64,000 bases of DNA from an uncultured Ectothiorhodospiraceae bacterium (GCA_947259765.1 CAMYNG010000019.1:10892-74891); one strand, 5' to 3'; shown: positions 46,992-56,272, counted from the first letter of the stretch. The notes: generated by a model from the letters alone, not told the origin. Translations and numbers: made by a program.

Positions 46992-47686
46992 GTTCCAGCG
47001 TGAAACGAAAACAACAGCAACGTCTCATTGATGATATCGAGTCTGAAGTACGTTTTACTCGCGGACTGATCGGCAAGGAGGCACTAGACGAACGCGTTAT
47101 GCAGGCCATGCATGATGTACCACGGGAGTTTTTTGTTCCAAGCCATCTTAAATCAATGGCGCAAAGCAACGGCCCCTTACCCATTGGCCACAATCAGACA
47201 ATTTCCCAGCCCTATATCGTGGCACTCATGACAGATCTGCTGGAACTGCGTCCGGACCACAGTGTGCTTGAAATCGGTACGGGTTCGGGCTATCAAACCG
47301 CAGTGCTGTCGAAATTAGCGGCAGCCGTATACAGTGTAGAGCGAGTACCGGAATTGGGTGAGGCAGCAAAGGCCCGGCTCGAATCTCTCGGTGTGACAAA
47401 CGTCAAAACACGGATAGGGAACGGCTACGAGGGTTGGCGGGAATTCGCGCCTTTTGATGCGATTATCGTGACTGCTGCCGCAACACACATACCTTCCCCG
47501 CTTTTTGAGCAGTTAAAACCCGGCGGCCGTATGGCCATTCCGGTAGGGCTGGCAGGTCTTCACCAGGAGCTTATGCTTGTTGAAAAAGACGAAAACGGTG
47601 CGCAACAAACACGGTCGGTTTTGGGCGTCGCGTTTGTTCCGCTGCTGGGTGAAAATGGAAAAGTGCAAATCACCGAAACTTCCTGA
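46988..47686 (+). CDS. pcm: protein-L-isoaspartate O-methyltransferase
   Basis: PIGHNQTISQPYIVALM and the SAM motif VLEIGTGSGYQTAVL. The TTG start overlaps the regulator's stop (TTGA). Confidence 0.85.
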   Translation: MSSSVKRKQQQRLIDDIESEVRFTRGLIGKEALDERVMQAMHDVPREFFVPSHLKSMAQSNGPLPIGHNQTISQPYIVALMTDLLELRPDHSVLEIGTGSGYQTAVLSKLAAAVYSVERVPELGEAAKARLESLGVTNVKTRIGNGYEGWREFAPFDAIIVTAAATHIPSPLFEQLKPGGRMAIPVGLAGLHQELMLVEKDENGAQQTRSVLGVAFVPLLGENGKVQITETS

Positions 47687-47731
47687 ACGCAAACCTTCAT
47701 TCAGAATTCTCCTGCAATCTATACTGAAGAT

Positions 47732-48397
47732 ATGAACATTCCATACGGGTTGTTACCCGATTCATGGTTATGGGCTGCGGTCCCGATTTACCTGGTGGCC
47801 TGGCTTGTAGTGATTAAATCCACAAGCTGGAACGTGCTGTCTGACAATTCAAGATCTCATGCCTTCTTCGGAGGCAGTGTGTTTTTGCTCGTGTTATGGA
47901 ACGTTACGGCTACATCAGCACCCGGTCTTGAATTTCATTTTCTCGGCGCGATGTTAGCGACGCTGATGTTTCGCTGGCAACTTGCATTTGTGTTGTTGAA
48001 TCTGGTGTTATTTGGCACGGTGTTGGCAGGGCAGGCCGATTGGCAAACAATGCCAGTTAACGGCCTGACAATGGGCTTGCTTCCGGTCCTGGCAGCAAGC
48101 CTGATTTTCAGCCTTGCCGATCGTAAATTGCCAAACCATTTCTTTGTTTATGTATTTGTTAACGCGTTCTTTGGTGCGGGCACGGTGATTTTAACAACAC
48201 TCCTGGCAGCAGCCTTTATCCTGGTCAGTGCGGATGTCTATTCCCCTGCGTATTTGTTTGAGACATATTTGCCATTTTTACCGTTAATGTTTTTTCCTGA
48301 GGCATTCATAACCGGTTTACTGGCCACGATGATGGTGGCGTTTGCGCCAGCCTGGGTTTTGACCTTCGATGATGCCCGCTATCTGCAGGGAAAATAG
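47732..48397 (+). CDS. hypothetical polytopic membrane protein (possibly CbiM/ECF-like)
   Basis: 221 aa with about 6 hydrophobic helices. The family assignment is from memory and tentative. Confidence 0.45.
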   Translation: MNIPYGLLPDSWLWAAVPIYLVAWLVVIKSTSWNVLSDNSRSHAFFGGSVFLLVLWNVTATSAPGLEFHFLGAMLATLMFRWQLAFVLLNLVLFGTVLAGQADWQTMPVNGLTMGLLPVLAASLIFSLADRKLPNHFFVYVFVNAFFGAGTVILTTLLAAAFILVSADVYSPAYLFETYLPFLPLMFFPEAFITGLLATMMVAFAPAWVLTFDDARYLQGK

Positions 48398-48436
48398 CGT
48401 ACAGATTTGGTACTTCCCGCCGGTTATTGGGGGTAA

Positions 48437-48958
48437 TTACTCGAAGGGTATTGCTTCTTCACGTTCTTTCGTCGCATTAATCAACGGGTAGCGCTTAATC
48501 AGCTCGGGATAGCGTTCTGTCAATTTCTGTTTAAACTCGTCGAAGTTGTCGACAACCCGAATAAGGAGTTTTCCTTTTTCACCATTAAGGTGCAAATCTC
48601 CGACATAGGTGATTTTTCCCTGTACGAGCGTAAACGTGAAGCTGTCGGGGAAAAACGCCGTGCGGTTGATAAGCACCGACCCGACTTGATAGAACATCCC
48701 AAACGCATAGTCCTGCGCGGGTAGGGTGGCAAGTACAAGCTTTTGCGGGTCTTCACCATTGTAGACTGCAGCCGTGCCGGAGCGGGCGTCTTTCTGTTTT
48801 AGTGTAAGGGTATACTTCGGAACGTTGGTATGAATGACTGTTCCAACCAGCCCCTCGTTGGCGCGTAAAATGGTGTCATTGGTTACATTGAGTGTGCTGG
48901 TAGCGCAACTGTTTAGGAACACACCCAGCGCCAGGCTAACGAGAATTCTGAAAATCAT
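48437..48958 (-). CDS. hypothetical lipoprotein
   Basis: Lipobox FLNSC|ATS. 173 aa. Confidence 0.5.
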   Translation of the reverse strand: MIFRILVSLALGVFLNSCATSTLNVTNDTILRANEGLVGTVIHTNVPKYTLTLKQKDARSGTAAVYNGEDPQKLVLATLPAQDYAFGMFYQVGSVLINRTAFFPDSFTFTLVQGKITYVGDLHLNGEKGKLLIRVVDNFDEFKQKLTERYPELIKRYPLINATKEREEAIPFE

Positions 48959-49246
48959 GCTTTAACTACACCTTATTGTAAGCCCAGATGCGCGAACGCC
49001 CTAATTGACGAACGTATTTGCCGATCACCGGCGCAGGACCTCCGATGGTGCTCTGGTTTGCGATTATTCGACCACGTATCCTACCGCGAACGTGCTCGAT
49101 TCGAAAGCGATACAACTCACTGCAGTCGTTGATGTCCTTTCAATTTGCTCCAAGTTGTGGAAAATTCCAAAACACAGTACGGTAGTTGTGACGTTTGCGA
49201 CGCCAAGCAATTCCAACTCATAACCAATTGAAATTAAAATAAAATT

Positions 49247-51325
49247 ATGAAATCGTCGGTTCGTTGCCCGTTTCTACCGTGTGGAGCCTTGCTCCCTGTG
49301 GTTACAATTTTTCTTCTTTTGCTTGTAACTCCGTTACCGCTTTTGGGTGCTGACTCCGCCGCGAAATCAGACGAAAAGAAAGTCGAAGCGAAAACCGGTA
49401 ACAGTGAACAGGACAATTCGTCCGCCGACGCAGCAACACCGGCTGTCGAAGAGGCAGCAGAGGGATCTGTTTCGGCCCGACTCCGGTTGATCGAGGATGC
49501 AATTAAGACTGATCAGACAACTCAAAAGCAGCTTCTGGAGCGAATTGAAAAGCGAAAAAAACGGTTTAAGAGCATGAGTACGCGTCTGGACCGGGTGAAC
49601 AAGGAAATCGAGACCAGCAGCAAGCAACTTGAGGCACTGGATGAAAAAACGGAGTCTGCAAAAGCCGAGGCGCTCAAGCAACAACTGGGCAGACTGGAGG
49701 GTGATAAAGCCCTGTTGCAAAGTCAGTCCGATATTGAAATCAAAGCCGAGCAGACAGAACGCACCCAACTTCAAATCCTGGAAAAAAAGATTGGAGACAA
49801 CAAGGCCCTTTTAGACGAATTGAAGGGAGTCAGGCGACCTGAGCCGGAGACCGCACCTGTGACCGCTCCGACCGCCCCGGTTCCGGCGGTTGTGGAGGGC
49901 GCGACGCCAGTTCCAACAATACCAGCGATACCGGGCCAGATTCCGCAGCCCTCGGAGGATGCGACACAGCCTGGCAAACCGGCATCGGAGCTGCCTGAAA
50001 CTGCAGAGCAGATTGAGGCGCGTAAGGAGGCGGAAAAAAGGGAGCAGGAGGCCAAGCAGGCTGAGCGAGCAATAGAGGAATCGGTTGAACGAAAAAACCT
50101 GCTTGAGGAACAAATCAAGCAAGCGAAAATGCTGTTGCAAACTGCGGAAGTGACTGAGCAAAACTACGAAAAGTGGGTGATAGCACGCGAGCAGGAACTG
50201 AAGGAAAAAATTGCCGCGGGCGAGCGGAAATCGGTGCTGGTGAAACTACAAAAAGAAATTGAATTAGTTCGAAATGCCATTCGCGAAAATCGTAAGGAGA
50301 TGAAAGCACGTATCAGTCATATCAGTGATTTACATACACAACTTGCGGCGTTACAGGCGCAACAGCTTCGCGCCGTAAAGGAGTCGGAGGAAAAACGAAA
50401 ACAGGCGGAGGACGCACGCCGGCAAAGTATCTGGCTGGAAAGTCCGTTCCATCCGCACAACCTTCTGCGTTGGATACAAACCCGGGGTCCGCGAATTCTG
50501 ATGGTGTTTGTAGTCATTGGATTTATGTTGTTGGTGTCGAGGCTGACCTTCTACCGGCTCGCAAACTTGCTAGTGCGTCGTGGGCGCGGCCAAGAAGAGT
50601 CACGGGTCAATCGGGCGCAAACGTTGGCGATCAGTTTTCGTAGCGTGACCGAGATCATAATTATTGTTGGCGGCGTGTTGCTGGTGCTGGAAGCGGCCGG
50701 AGTGGATGTCAAAGCAGTATTGGGTGGCGCGGCCATCATTGGTTTGGCAATTGCTTTTGGTGCGCAAAACCTGATGCGTGACTACTTTACCGGTTTTATG
50801 ATTTTGATTGAGGACCAGTATGAACTGGGTGATCTTGTTACAGTGGGTGACGCAACTGGTATTGTTGAAAAGGTGAATATGCGAACAACGGTGCTGAGGG
50901 ACCTGGAAGGCCGCGTGCATTTTATACCCAACGGGCAGATTCGGCAGGTGACCAACCGAACCTTTGAGTGGGCGCGCGCCGTGATTGAGGTCGCTGTGGC
51001 CTACAAGGAGAACGTGGATCAGGTTATGAAACTGCTGATGGAATTGGCAAACGAGTTACGCCAAGATCCGGAGTATCGCAACGCCGTGCTTGAGGAGCCT
51101 GTCATGCTGGGGGTTGATGCCTTTGGAGATGCCGCGGTTAAAATTAAGTTTATGATGAAAACCCGGCCGGATCAGATGTGGGCGGTAAAACGTGAACTGT
51201 TACGTCGAATCAAGAACAGGTTTGATGAAGAGGGTATAGAAATTCCGATTCCGCAACGAATTATTTTTCAGCATATCGATCAGGTTCGTGAACCCGGACC
51301 AAATTCCGGTCCGCTGCTGACCTGA
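49247..51325 (+). CDS. mechanosensitive ion channel family protein (MscS superfamily, long N-terminal coiled-coil domain)
   Basis: Signal peptide, about 400 aa of coiled coil with a Pro/Ala-rich linker, TM helices, and the MscS core GAQNLMRDYFTGFMILIEDQYELGDLV. Confidence 0.8.
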   Translation: MKSSVRCPFLPCGALLPVVTIFLLLLVTPLPLLGADSAAKSDEKKVEAKTGNSEQDNSSADAATPAVEEAAEGSVSARLRLIEDAIKTDQTTQKQLLERIEKRKKRFKSMSTRLDRVNKEIETSSKQLEALDEKTESAKAEALKQQLGRLEGDKALLQSQSDIEIKAEQTERTQLQILEKKIGDNKALLDELKGVRRPEPETAPVTAPTAPVPAVVEGATPVPTIPAIPGQIPQPSEDATQPGKPASELPETAEQIEARKEAEKREQEAKQAERAIEESVERKNLLEEQIKQAKMLLQTAEVTEQNYEKWVIAREQELKEKIAAGERKSVLVKLQKEIELVRNAIRENRKEMKARISHISDLHTQLAALQAQQLRAVKESEEKRKQAEDARRQSIWLESPFHPHNLLRWIQTRGPRILMVFVVIGFMLLVSRLTFYRLANLLVRRGRGQEESRVNRAQTLAISFRSVTEIIIIVGGVLLVLEAAGVDVKAVLGGAAIIGLAIAFGAQNLMRDYFTGFMILIEDQYELGDLVTVGDATGIVEKVNMRTTVLRDLEGRVHFIPNGQIRQVTNRTFEWARAVIEVAVAYKENVDQVMKLLMELANELRQDPEYRNAVLEEPVMLGVDAFGDAAVKIKFMMKTRPDQMWAVKRELLRRIKNRFDEEGIEIPIPQRIIFQHIDQVREPGPNSGPLLT

Positions 51326-51333
51326 CGCGTAAT

Positions 51334-51720
51334 TTAACGGCGTATCGGTTTGCCGTAAACCCAGGTCAGTAACACGAGCAAACCAAAAAGGGTGTAAACC
51401 AGCCCGAACACCCAGGGCTCGGCCTGAAAAAAGATCACTTTGTGTAACCAATGTTGAATAAAACCGCCTGCATAGGTGGCCTCTCCGGCACGCGCACGCA
51501 GCGTGTTTTCCCAGCTTGTTAGCGGACATATTTCGCCAACCCATGCCTGTACCACGACGAACCAGATTGCGGCGAGATGTAAAATGCGAAACCAGTAGTT
51601 GCGTACCCAGGGCCACTTAAAAACCAGGCCAAAGATGATTAGCAGTTGCCCGCCAACTACGAAGATGATGAACAGGAAATGAAAGACCAGGATTAGATCT
51701 GCGAGAATGATATCGATCAT
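51334..51720 (-). CDS. DUF2784-like small membrane protein
   Basis: 128 aa with 4 helices. The segment ...GEICPLTSWEN is as I recall for DUF2784. Confidence 0.55.
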   Translation of the reverse strand: MIDIILADLILVFHFLFIIFVVGGQLLIIFGLVFKWPWVRNYWFRILHLAAIWFVVVQAWVGEICPLTSWENTLRARAGEATYAGGFIQHWLHKVIFFQAEPWVFGLVYTLFGLLVLLTWVYGKPIRR

Positions 51721-51787
51721 TTCGTCACGTTACCGGCCGGGCTTGCATGTGTAGATAATTCAGGCAGCGCTGTTTAAAACCTCTATC

Positions 51788-51856
51788 GTCATTCCGGCGC
51801 TTGCCGGAATTCAGTGAAGTCAGATGGTTCTGGATTCTGGTCTTCGCCAGAATGAC
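51788..51856. repeat. REP-like elements in inverted orientation
   Basis: GTCATTCCGGCGCTTGCCGGAATTCAG (51788-51814) and GGATTCTGGTCTTCGCCAGAATGAC (51832-51856, the family in the opposite orientation). Confidence 0.8.
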
Positions 51857-51988
51857 ATTTTTCAAAGCTTCCTTTGTGCTTAAAAACCGCTTTGCAATCA
51901 CGCGGGTATATGCTGTTGCTCCAAAAATATGTCATTTTTGGAGCTAATGGACGTTAGCGTGTGCGGCGGGCTTTCCACCAATTCCTTT

Positions 51989-52585
51989 TTAGATCGTGCG
52001 GCCAAAGCGCTTGGCTATCCAATAGTCAATGCTGACATAACGGCCTGCGCCGATGAAAAACAACACCAACAGCATGATGAAGTAGGTCGCTGCAAATTCA
52101 ATACCGCTGTTGAGCACCACGAAACTGCCGTTTTCGGTTAACCATTCATAATTTCCATGCTGCTGCAGTATATCCTTGGCCTTGTCGAGCCGTTCAACGG
52201 CACCAGCGGTGCGCTCGGTGGCAAAAATACCGCCGCCTTCTGCAATGGCCAGCCAACCATTCTGCCAGTGTACCGTAAGCGCGGCGACCAGCATGGTGAA
52301 CATAAGGGGAACAGCTATCCAGCGTACCCCAAATCCGAACAGCAGCATCACGCTGCCGGCCAGTTCGGAACCAACCGCTAGAAACGCCATCAGTCCCGGT
52401 AGGGGCAGGCCCAGGCCCCATTCGGCATTGCCGAACCAGTCAACGGTATCGGAGAAACTATTGAACTTGTTACTGCCCGCCATCCAGAAAATTGGAAAAA
52501 GATACAATCGTAAAGCGAGTGGGCCGAGAAAATCGACCACGCGCGTGCGGTCCAGAAGATCCTGTAAACGTAGCAGCATACCCAT
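51989..52585 (-). CDS. DoxX family membrane protein, fourth gene of the MNIO operon
   Basis: 198 aa. RLYLFPIFWMAGSNKF... with 4 helices, DoxX-like. It lies 46 nt downstream of the DUF2063 gene on the same strand. Confidence 0.7.
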   Translation of the reverse strand: MGMLLRLQDLLDRTRVVDFLGPLALRLYLFPIFWMAGSNKFNSFSDTVDWFGNAEWGLGLPLPGLMAFLAVGSELAGSVMLLFGFGVRWIAVPLMFTMLVAALTVHWQNGWLAIAEGGGIFATERTAGAVERLDKAKDILQQHGNYEWLTENGSFVVLNSGIEFAATYFIMLLVLFFIGAGRYVSIDYWIAKRFGRTI

Positions 52586-52631
52586 GCTTTCCTCCGGGTG
52601 TTTATTGGTTTTTTACTTTATCGAGTCTGGA

Positions 52632-53414
52632 TTAGATACGAACGCCGGGGACGACGTCGCGAACTTGTAGATCCTTGAGGATCTCCAGACCACCGCTGAC
52701 GACAACGTCGGGTTCCGGGTGACCGAGCTCGACGGCGATCTGGTTTAGCATTTCTCGGCCGGTCGTTGTGTTGTTCTCGCTCATTAACTGAATCAGGCGT
52801 GCGGTAACCGGATTCGTTTCAAGAAAATGCACGGCGCCGTCTCGATCGCGGTAGACCACAAGAAAGGTAGGCGACTCACCAGGGGTTTCCGGCAGGAAGT
52901 CCGGGCCAATTTTATGTACCGGGAACTGATAACTTAGCGGCCACGCTAACGGTGACAACATGGGAACACCATCGAGTAAATCGCCCGAGCCATCTATGAG
53001 CTTGTCGTCAATCTCCTGTTCGGCAATCGAAAGTGCCAGCTCGATCCATTCATAGTGTGCAAGCTCCAGCATGAATGGCGGATCATCGGGGCTGGCTTCT
53101 CTTTCGTTCTCAAGATACTTGAGAAACTCCCGTGGCATTTCCGGAAACAACGGTGTGTGCGAGAGGTGATTTGCGAAATAGTCGCGGATCATGGCGTGCC
53201 AGCGATCCTCTGGTGTGATTTTGCGCAGAACCGGGTAGGTGCTGGCCATGAAATCCTCGACGTTGTTATAGAACAACTCCCGATAGATTTTCATGCGCCG
53301 ATCTTCGACGCCTTCCGGTCGAGGATTGCGATCCGGGTTACGGATGTGTGCCGTAAACTCGTATTGCTGTCGGGTAAATTCGGGCTTGTCAGGCGTGCGT
53401 TGAGACGACGTCAT
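52632..53414 (-). CDS. DUF2063-family RiPP maturase partner protein
   Basis: From MTSSQRTP (ATG at 53414, overlapping the upstream gene by 26 nt): [12 protein letters not shown]....[16 protein letters not shown]...YPVL is the DUF2063 N-terminal pattern. Confidence 0.7.
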   Translation of the reverse strand: MTSSQRTPDKPEFTRQQYEFTAHIRNPDRNPRPEGVEDRRMKIYRELFYNNVEDFMASTYPVLRKITPEDRWHAMIRDYFANHLSHTPLFPEMPREFLKYLENEREASPDDPPFMLELAHYEWIELALSIAEQEIDDKLIDGSGDLLDGVPMLSPLAWPLSYQFPVHKIGPDFLPETPGESPTFLVVYRDRDGAVHFLETNPVTARLIQLMSENNTTTGREMLNQIAVELGHPEPDVVVSGGLEILKDLQVRDVVPGVRI

Positions 53415-54246
53415 TCGACTTGGTCCACTTTTGTTGCAGAGCGGCAATCGTATCCACTTCCTTGAGCAAATCAGCCAGCGGCGGGAGGTTAAAGTCGCGC
53501 TCAAGAAGTGTCGGGATCACGCCAAACTGAGCATAGGTTCTGTCAAGAAGTTCCCACACGGGATCAATGACGTCCGCACCGTGCGTGTCGACGATGAGAT
53601 CGTCGGCTTCATTGTAATGCCCGGCAACATGTATGTAGGCGATGCGCTCGGCCGGGATTGCCTGTAAATAGGTTTCTGCGTCATAGCGATGATTAACGCT
53701 ATTGACGTAAATGTTGTTAACGTCGAGGAGTAAATCGCAATCCGCTTCTTCCAGTACTGCGTTGAGAAAATCGATTTCCTCCATTTGCTTGCCGGGTGCG
53801 GCATAGTAGGAAACGTTTTCCATCGCGATGCGCTGTTCGAGAATGTCCTGAACACGCCGAATACGCTCGGCTACATAATGCACCGCTTCTTCGGTGAACG
53901 GGATGGGCAGCAGATCGTACAGGTGGCCGTCGTCACTGCAGTAGCTTAAATGCTCACTGTACAGACGAATACTGTGTTCGTTGAGAAATCGCTTGAGACG
54001 CTGCAGAAAGGCTTCGTCTAAAGGTGTTGGGCCGCCAATTGACAGGGAGAGCCCGTGGCATATGAAATCGTGACGTTCGGTCAATTGCCGGAACTGTTTA
54101 CCGAAGTGACCGCCCATTCCGATCCAGTTTTCCGGTGCCACCTCCCAGAAGTCGACTTGATCGGCGGGCTGGTCGGTCAGCGGACCCAGAAGGGTCCGCC
54201 TTAGACCAAGACCGGCACCATGAACAGAAAAATCCTTATCAGTCAT
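53389..54246 (-). CDS. DUF692 / MNIO (multinuclear non-heme iron oxidative) family RiPP maturase
   Basis: GLGLRR..., [58 protein letters not shown], and PTLLERD form the full DUF692 motif series. 285 aa. Confidence 0.85.
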   Translation of the reverse strand: MTDKDFSVHGAGLGLRRTLLGPLTDQPADQVDFWEVAPENWIGMGGHFGKQFRQLTERHDFICHGLSLSIGGPTPLDEAFLQRLKRFLNEHSIRLYSEHLSYCSDDGHLYDLLPIPFTEEAVHYVAERIRRVQDILEQRIAMENVSYYAAPGKQMEEIDFLNAVLEEADCDLLLDVNNIYVNSVNHRYDAETYLQAIPAERIAYIHVAGHYNEADDLIVDTHGADVIDPVWELLDRTYAQFGVIPTLLERDFNLPPLADLLKEVDTIAALQQKWTKSNDVVSTHA

Positions 54247-54261
54247 GGTTATGCGTCCGAC

Positions 54262-54612
54262 TTACTTGCTGCCGCCGCACTTGCCTTCGCCGCACTTGCC
54301 TTCCTTGCCTTTCATATCTTCGCCTTTCTTGGCGCCGCCGCACTTACCTTCGCCGCATTTGCCTTCCTTGCCTTTTTTGTCGCCGCCACATTTGCCTTCC
54401 TTGGATTTGCCGTCAGCGCTTTTGCCTTCGCCGCACTTGCCTTCGCCACATTTACCTTCCTTGCCGGCCACCATATAGCCGCTGGACAGTTCATTCATGG
54501 CAAACGGGTTGGCACCTTGCTCTGCAGCGCTGGCAACATTGCTGGCAGCCAGGCCGACCGCAAATGCAGTACCAAGCGTAAGAGAGAGAGGATTCAGGGT
54601 TTTCTTAGACAT
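54262..54612 (-). CDS. RiPP precursor: Sec signal peptide followed by seven EGKCG repeats
   Basis: GGAGG lies 8 nt upstream of the ATG at 54612. MSKKTLNPLSLTLGTAFAVGLAASNVASA|AEQG... then KEGKCGEGKCGEGKSADGKSKEGKCGGDKKGKEGKCGEGKCGGAKKGEDMKGKEGKCGEGKCGGSK. It ends 15 nt upstream of the MNIO gene. Confidence 0.8.
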   Translation of the reverse strand: MSKKTLNPLSLTLGTAFAVGLAASNVASAAEQGANPFAMNELSSGYMVAGKEGKCGEGKCGEGKSADGKSKEGKCGGDKKGKEGKCGEGKCGGAKKGEDMKGKEGKCGEGKCGGSK

Positions 54613-54990
54613 CGAGGTTGCCTCCATAGCAATTACAATTTGAGCCACAGCCTGGCTCGTGGGTTATAGTTTTTTCATCTCGTCGTAACGATATGTTTTC
54701 ATTCCGACACTTGCTCGATTATGACAGGGTCGAACTGCGTAAGTTTCACGAATAAATCACAAAATGCAACCAACTGCATGCAATTTATCGGTATTGGTAT
54801 GAGTTTCCAAATCAGGATTGCAACCCAACCTTAAGCAGACCGGCATTGATCGAAAATCCTTACAATCACACACAACCGTTATGTAATTGCGGCTACTTCC
54901 GGTCCAGTTCGCATCCGAATCAGTCCAATTGCGAACTTTGTCAATCGTAACCTGTGCTTGATTGTGGGTCTCCTTCCTCGGTGCCGGGAG

Positions 54991-55416
54991 CTAGATTTGT
55001 TTGCGAATACACTCAAGATAGTGCTGCTCGTCCGGAGGGCGCTCGTCGTGCTGGGCCTGCCACATCATTTCCACAAGGCAATTCATTATTCGGTGTTCGA
55101 CTTCGTGCGGATCCTGCAGTTTGTTCGCCAGCACCTGGAACAGCTCCACAATACCTTCCGGCTGTTGGCTACCGAGTTGTTCCTGCACAGCTACATGCAG
55201 GGCCATATGTAAAAAGGGGTTGGTTTCACCCGCGTCTGCCGGGTAGTCCTTGTCAAGATTGCCCGCTTCATCCTCCAGCAGGGCATGGTATTCGCTATGC
55301 TGGGCGACGATGGCTGCGACCATTTGCTCTAAAGGCTCCAGCGGCTCTTTTTTGCAATACTTCTGCCATGCGGAAAAGAACATTTGACGGAGTTGGTGAC
55401 GATCCTGGGAAAACAT
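54991..55416 (-). CDS. DUF1841 family protein
   Basis: From MFSQDRHQLRQMFFSAWQK... (ATG at 55416), 141 aa. NPFLHMALHVAVQEQL is as I recall for DUF1841. The ORF-track N-terminal extension overlaps nth. Confidence 0.6.
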   Translation of the reverse strand: MFSQDRHQLRQMFFSAWQKYCKKEPLEPLEQMVAAIVAQHSEYHALLEDEAGNLDKDYPADAGETNPFLHMALHVAVQEQLGSQQPEGIVELFQVLANKLQDPHEVEHRIMNCLVEMMWQAQHDERPPDEQHYLECIRKQI

Positions 55417-55528
55417 GTCGACTCGAAAATAAAAGACAGGCGGCTGACGATACCGGACTCGGCGAACAATTGGTACCGTATTAGTATCGCCTTGGCTAAC
55501 CGGCGATCTCGGCTTTCGACGACTACCC

Positions 55529-56164
55529 TCAATCCAGGAGTTTTTCTCCAAACTCACACAGATCTTCAATCGTGCAGGAACCACAGCGCGGCTTGCGGGC
55601 GATACAGGTATAGCGGCCATGCAGAATCAACCAATGATGAGCATCCTTTTTATATCTAGGCGGTACGACCTTGAGTAGCTTATTCTCTACCGCAAGTGGG
55701 GTTTTTCCAGGCGCCAGCCCCGTGCGATTGGATACCCGGAAAATATGTGTATCAACAGCAATGGTGGGATGGCCAAAGGCGGTGTTCATGACGACGTTTG
55801 CGGTTTTGCGGCCCACACCGGGGAGTTTTTCCAGCGCTTCCCGTGCTTCCGGCACCTTACCGCCGTATTCGTCCACCAAAATACCGCAGGTCTTGATGAC
55901 ATTTTTCGCTTTGGTGTTAAACAGGCCGATGGTTTTGATGTAACTTTTCAGGCCAGGCTCACCCAGTGCAAGTATCTTTTTTGCAGTCGGGGCATCACGA
56001 AACAATGGTCCGGTGGCCTTGTTGACGCCTTTATCGGTGGCTTGTGCGGAAAGAATCACCGCCACCAGAAGTTGAAACGGGGTCTTGTAATTCAGTTCGG
56101 TGGTAGGTTCCGGGTTGGCTTTTTTCAGGCGTTTGAAAATTTCTTTTACTTTTTCTTCTTTCAT
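55529..56164 (-). CDS. nth: endonuclease III
   Basis: HhH-GPD: LPGVGRKTANVV, catalytic VDTH, and the 4Fe-4S cluster CIARKPRCGSCTIEDLC. 211 aa, downstream of rnfE as in other gammaproteobacteria. Confidence 0.92.
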   Translation of the reverse strand: MKEEKVKEIFKRLKKANPEPTTELNYKTPFQLLVAVILSAQATDKGVNKATGPLFRDAPTAKKILALGEPGLKSYIKTIGLFNTKAKNVIKTCGILVDEYGGKVPEAREALEKLPGVGRKTANVVMNTAFGHPTIAVDTHIFRVSNRTGLAPGKTPLAVENKLLKVVPPRYKKDAHHWLILHGRYTCIARKPRCGSCTIEDLCEFGEKLLD

Positions 56165-56272
56165 TTACTTAGCTAGCCACAGAGAACACAGAGAATAAAG
56201 CTCGAATAAACCATCTCCTTAAAACATCAGTCTGGAGATTTTTTGGATCCAAAGGTAATTTGAATTCACTGG

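Noticed and set aside
49005-49223. 72-aa plus-strand ORF between the lipoprotein gene and the MscS-family gene.
   Set aside because: It has no RBS, and it lies in a promoter-like intergenic region. There is no recognisable motif.
54135-54669. Several long plus-strand ORFs (148, 149, 77 and 60 aa) with striking repeats such as LPSPHLPSLPF and AALAFAALAFLAF.
   Set aside because: They are alternative-frame and antisense readings of the EGKCG repeat DNA. The minus-strand frame has a GGAGG RBS, a signal peptide and operon context, whereas these ORFs have none of those.
54954-55484. 176-aa and 84-aa plus-strand ORFs.
   Set aside because: They are antisense to the DUF1841 gene and have Pro/Arg/Gly-rich shadow composition.
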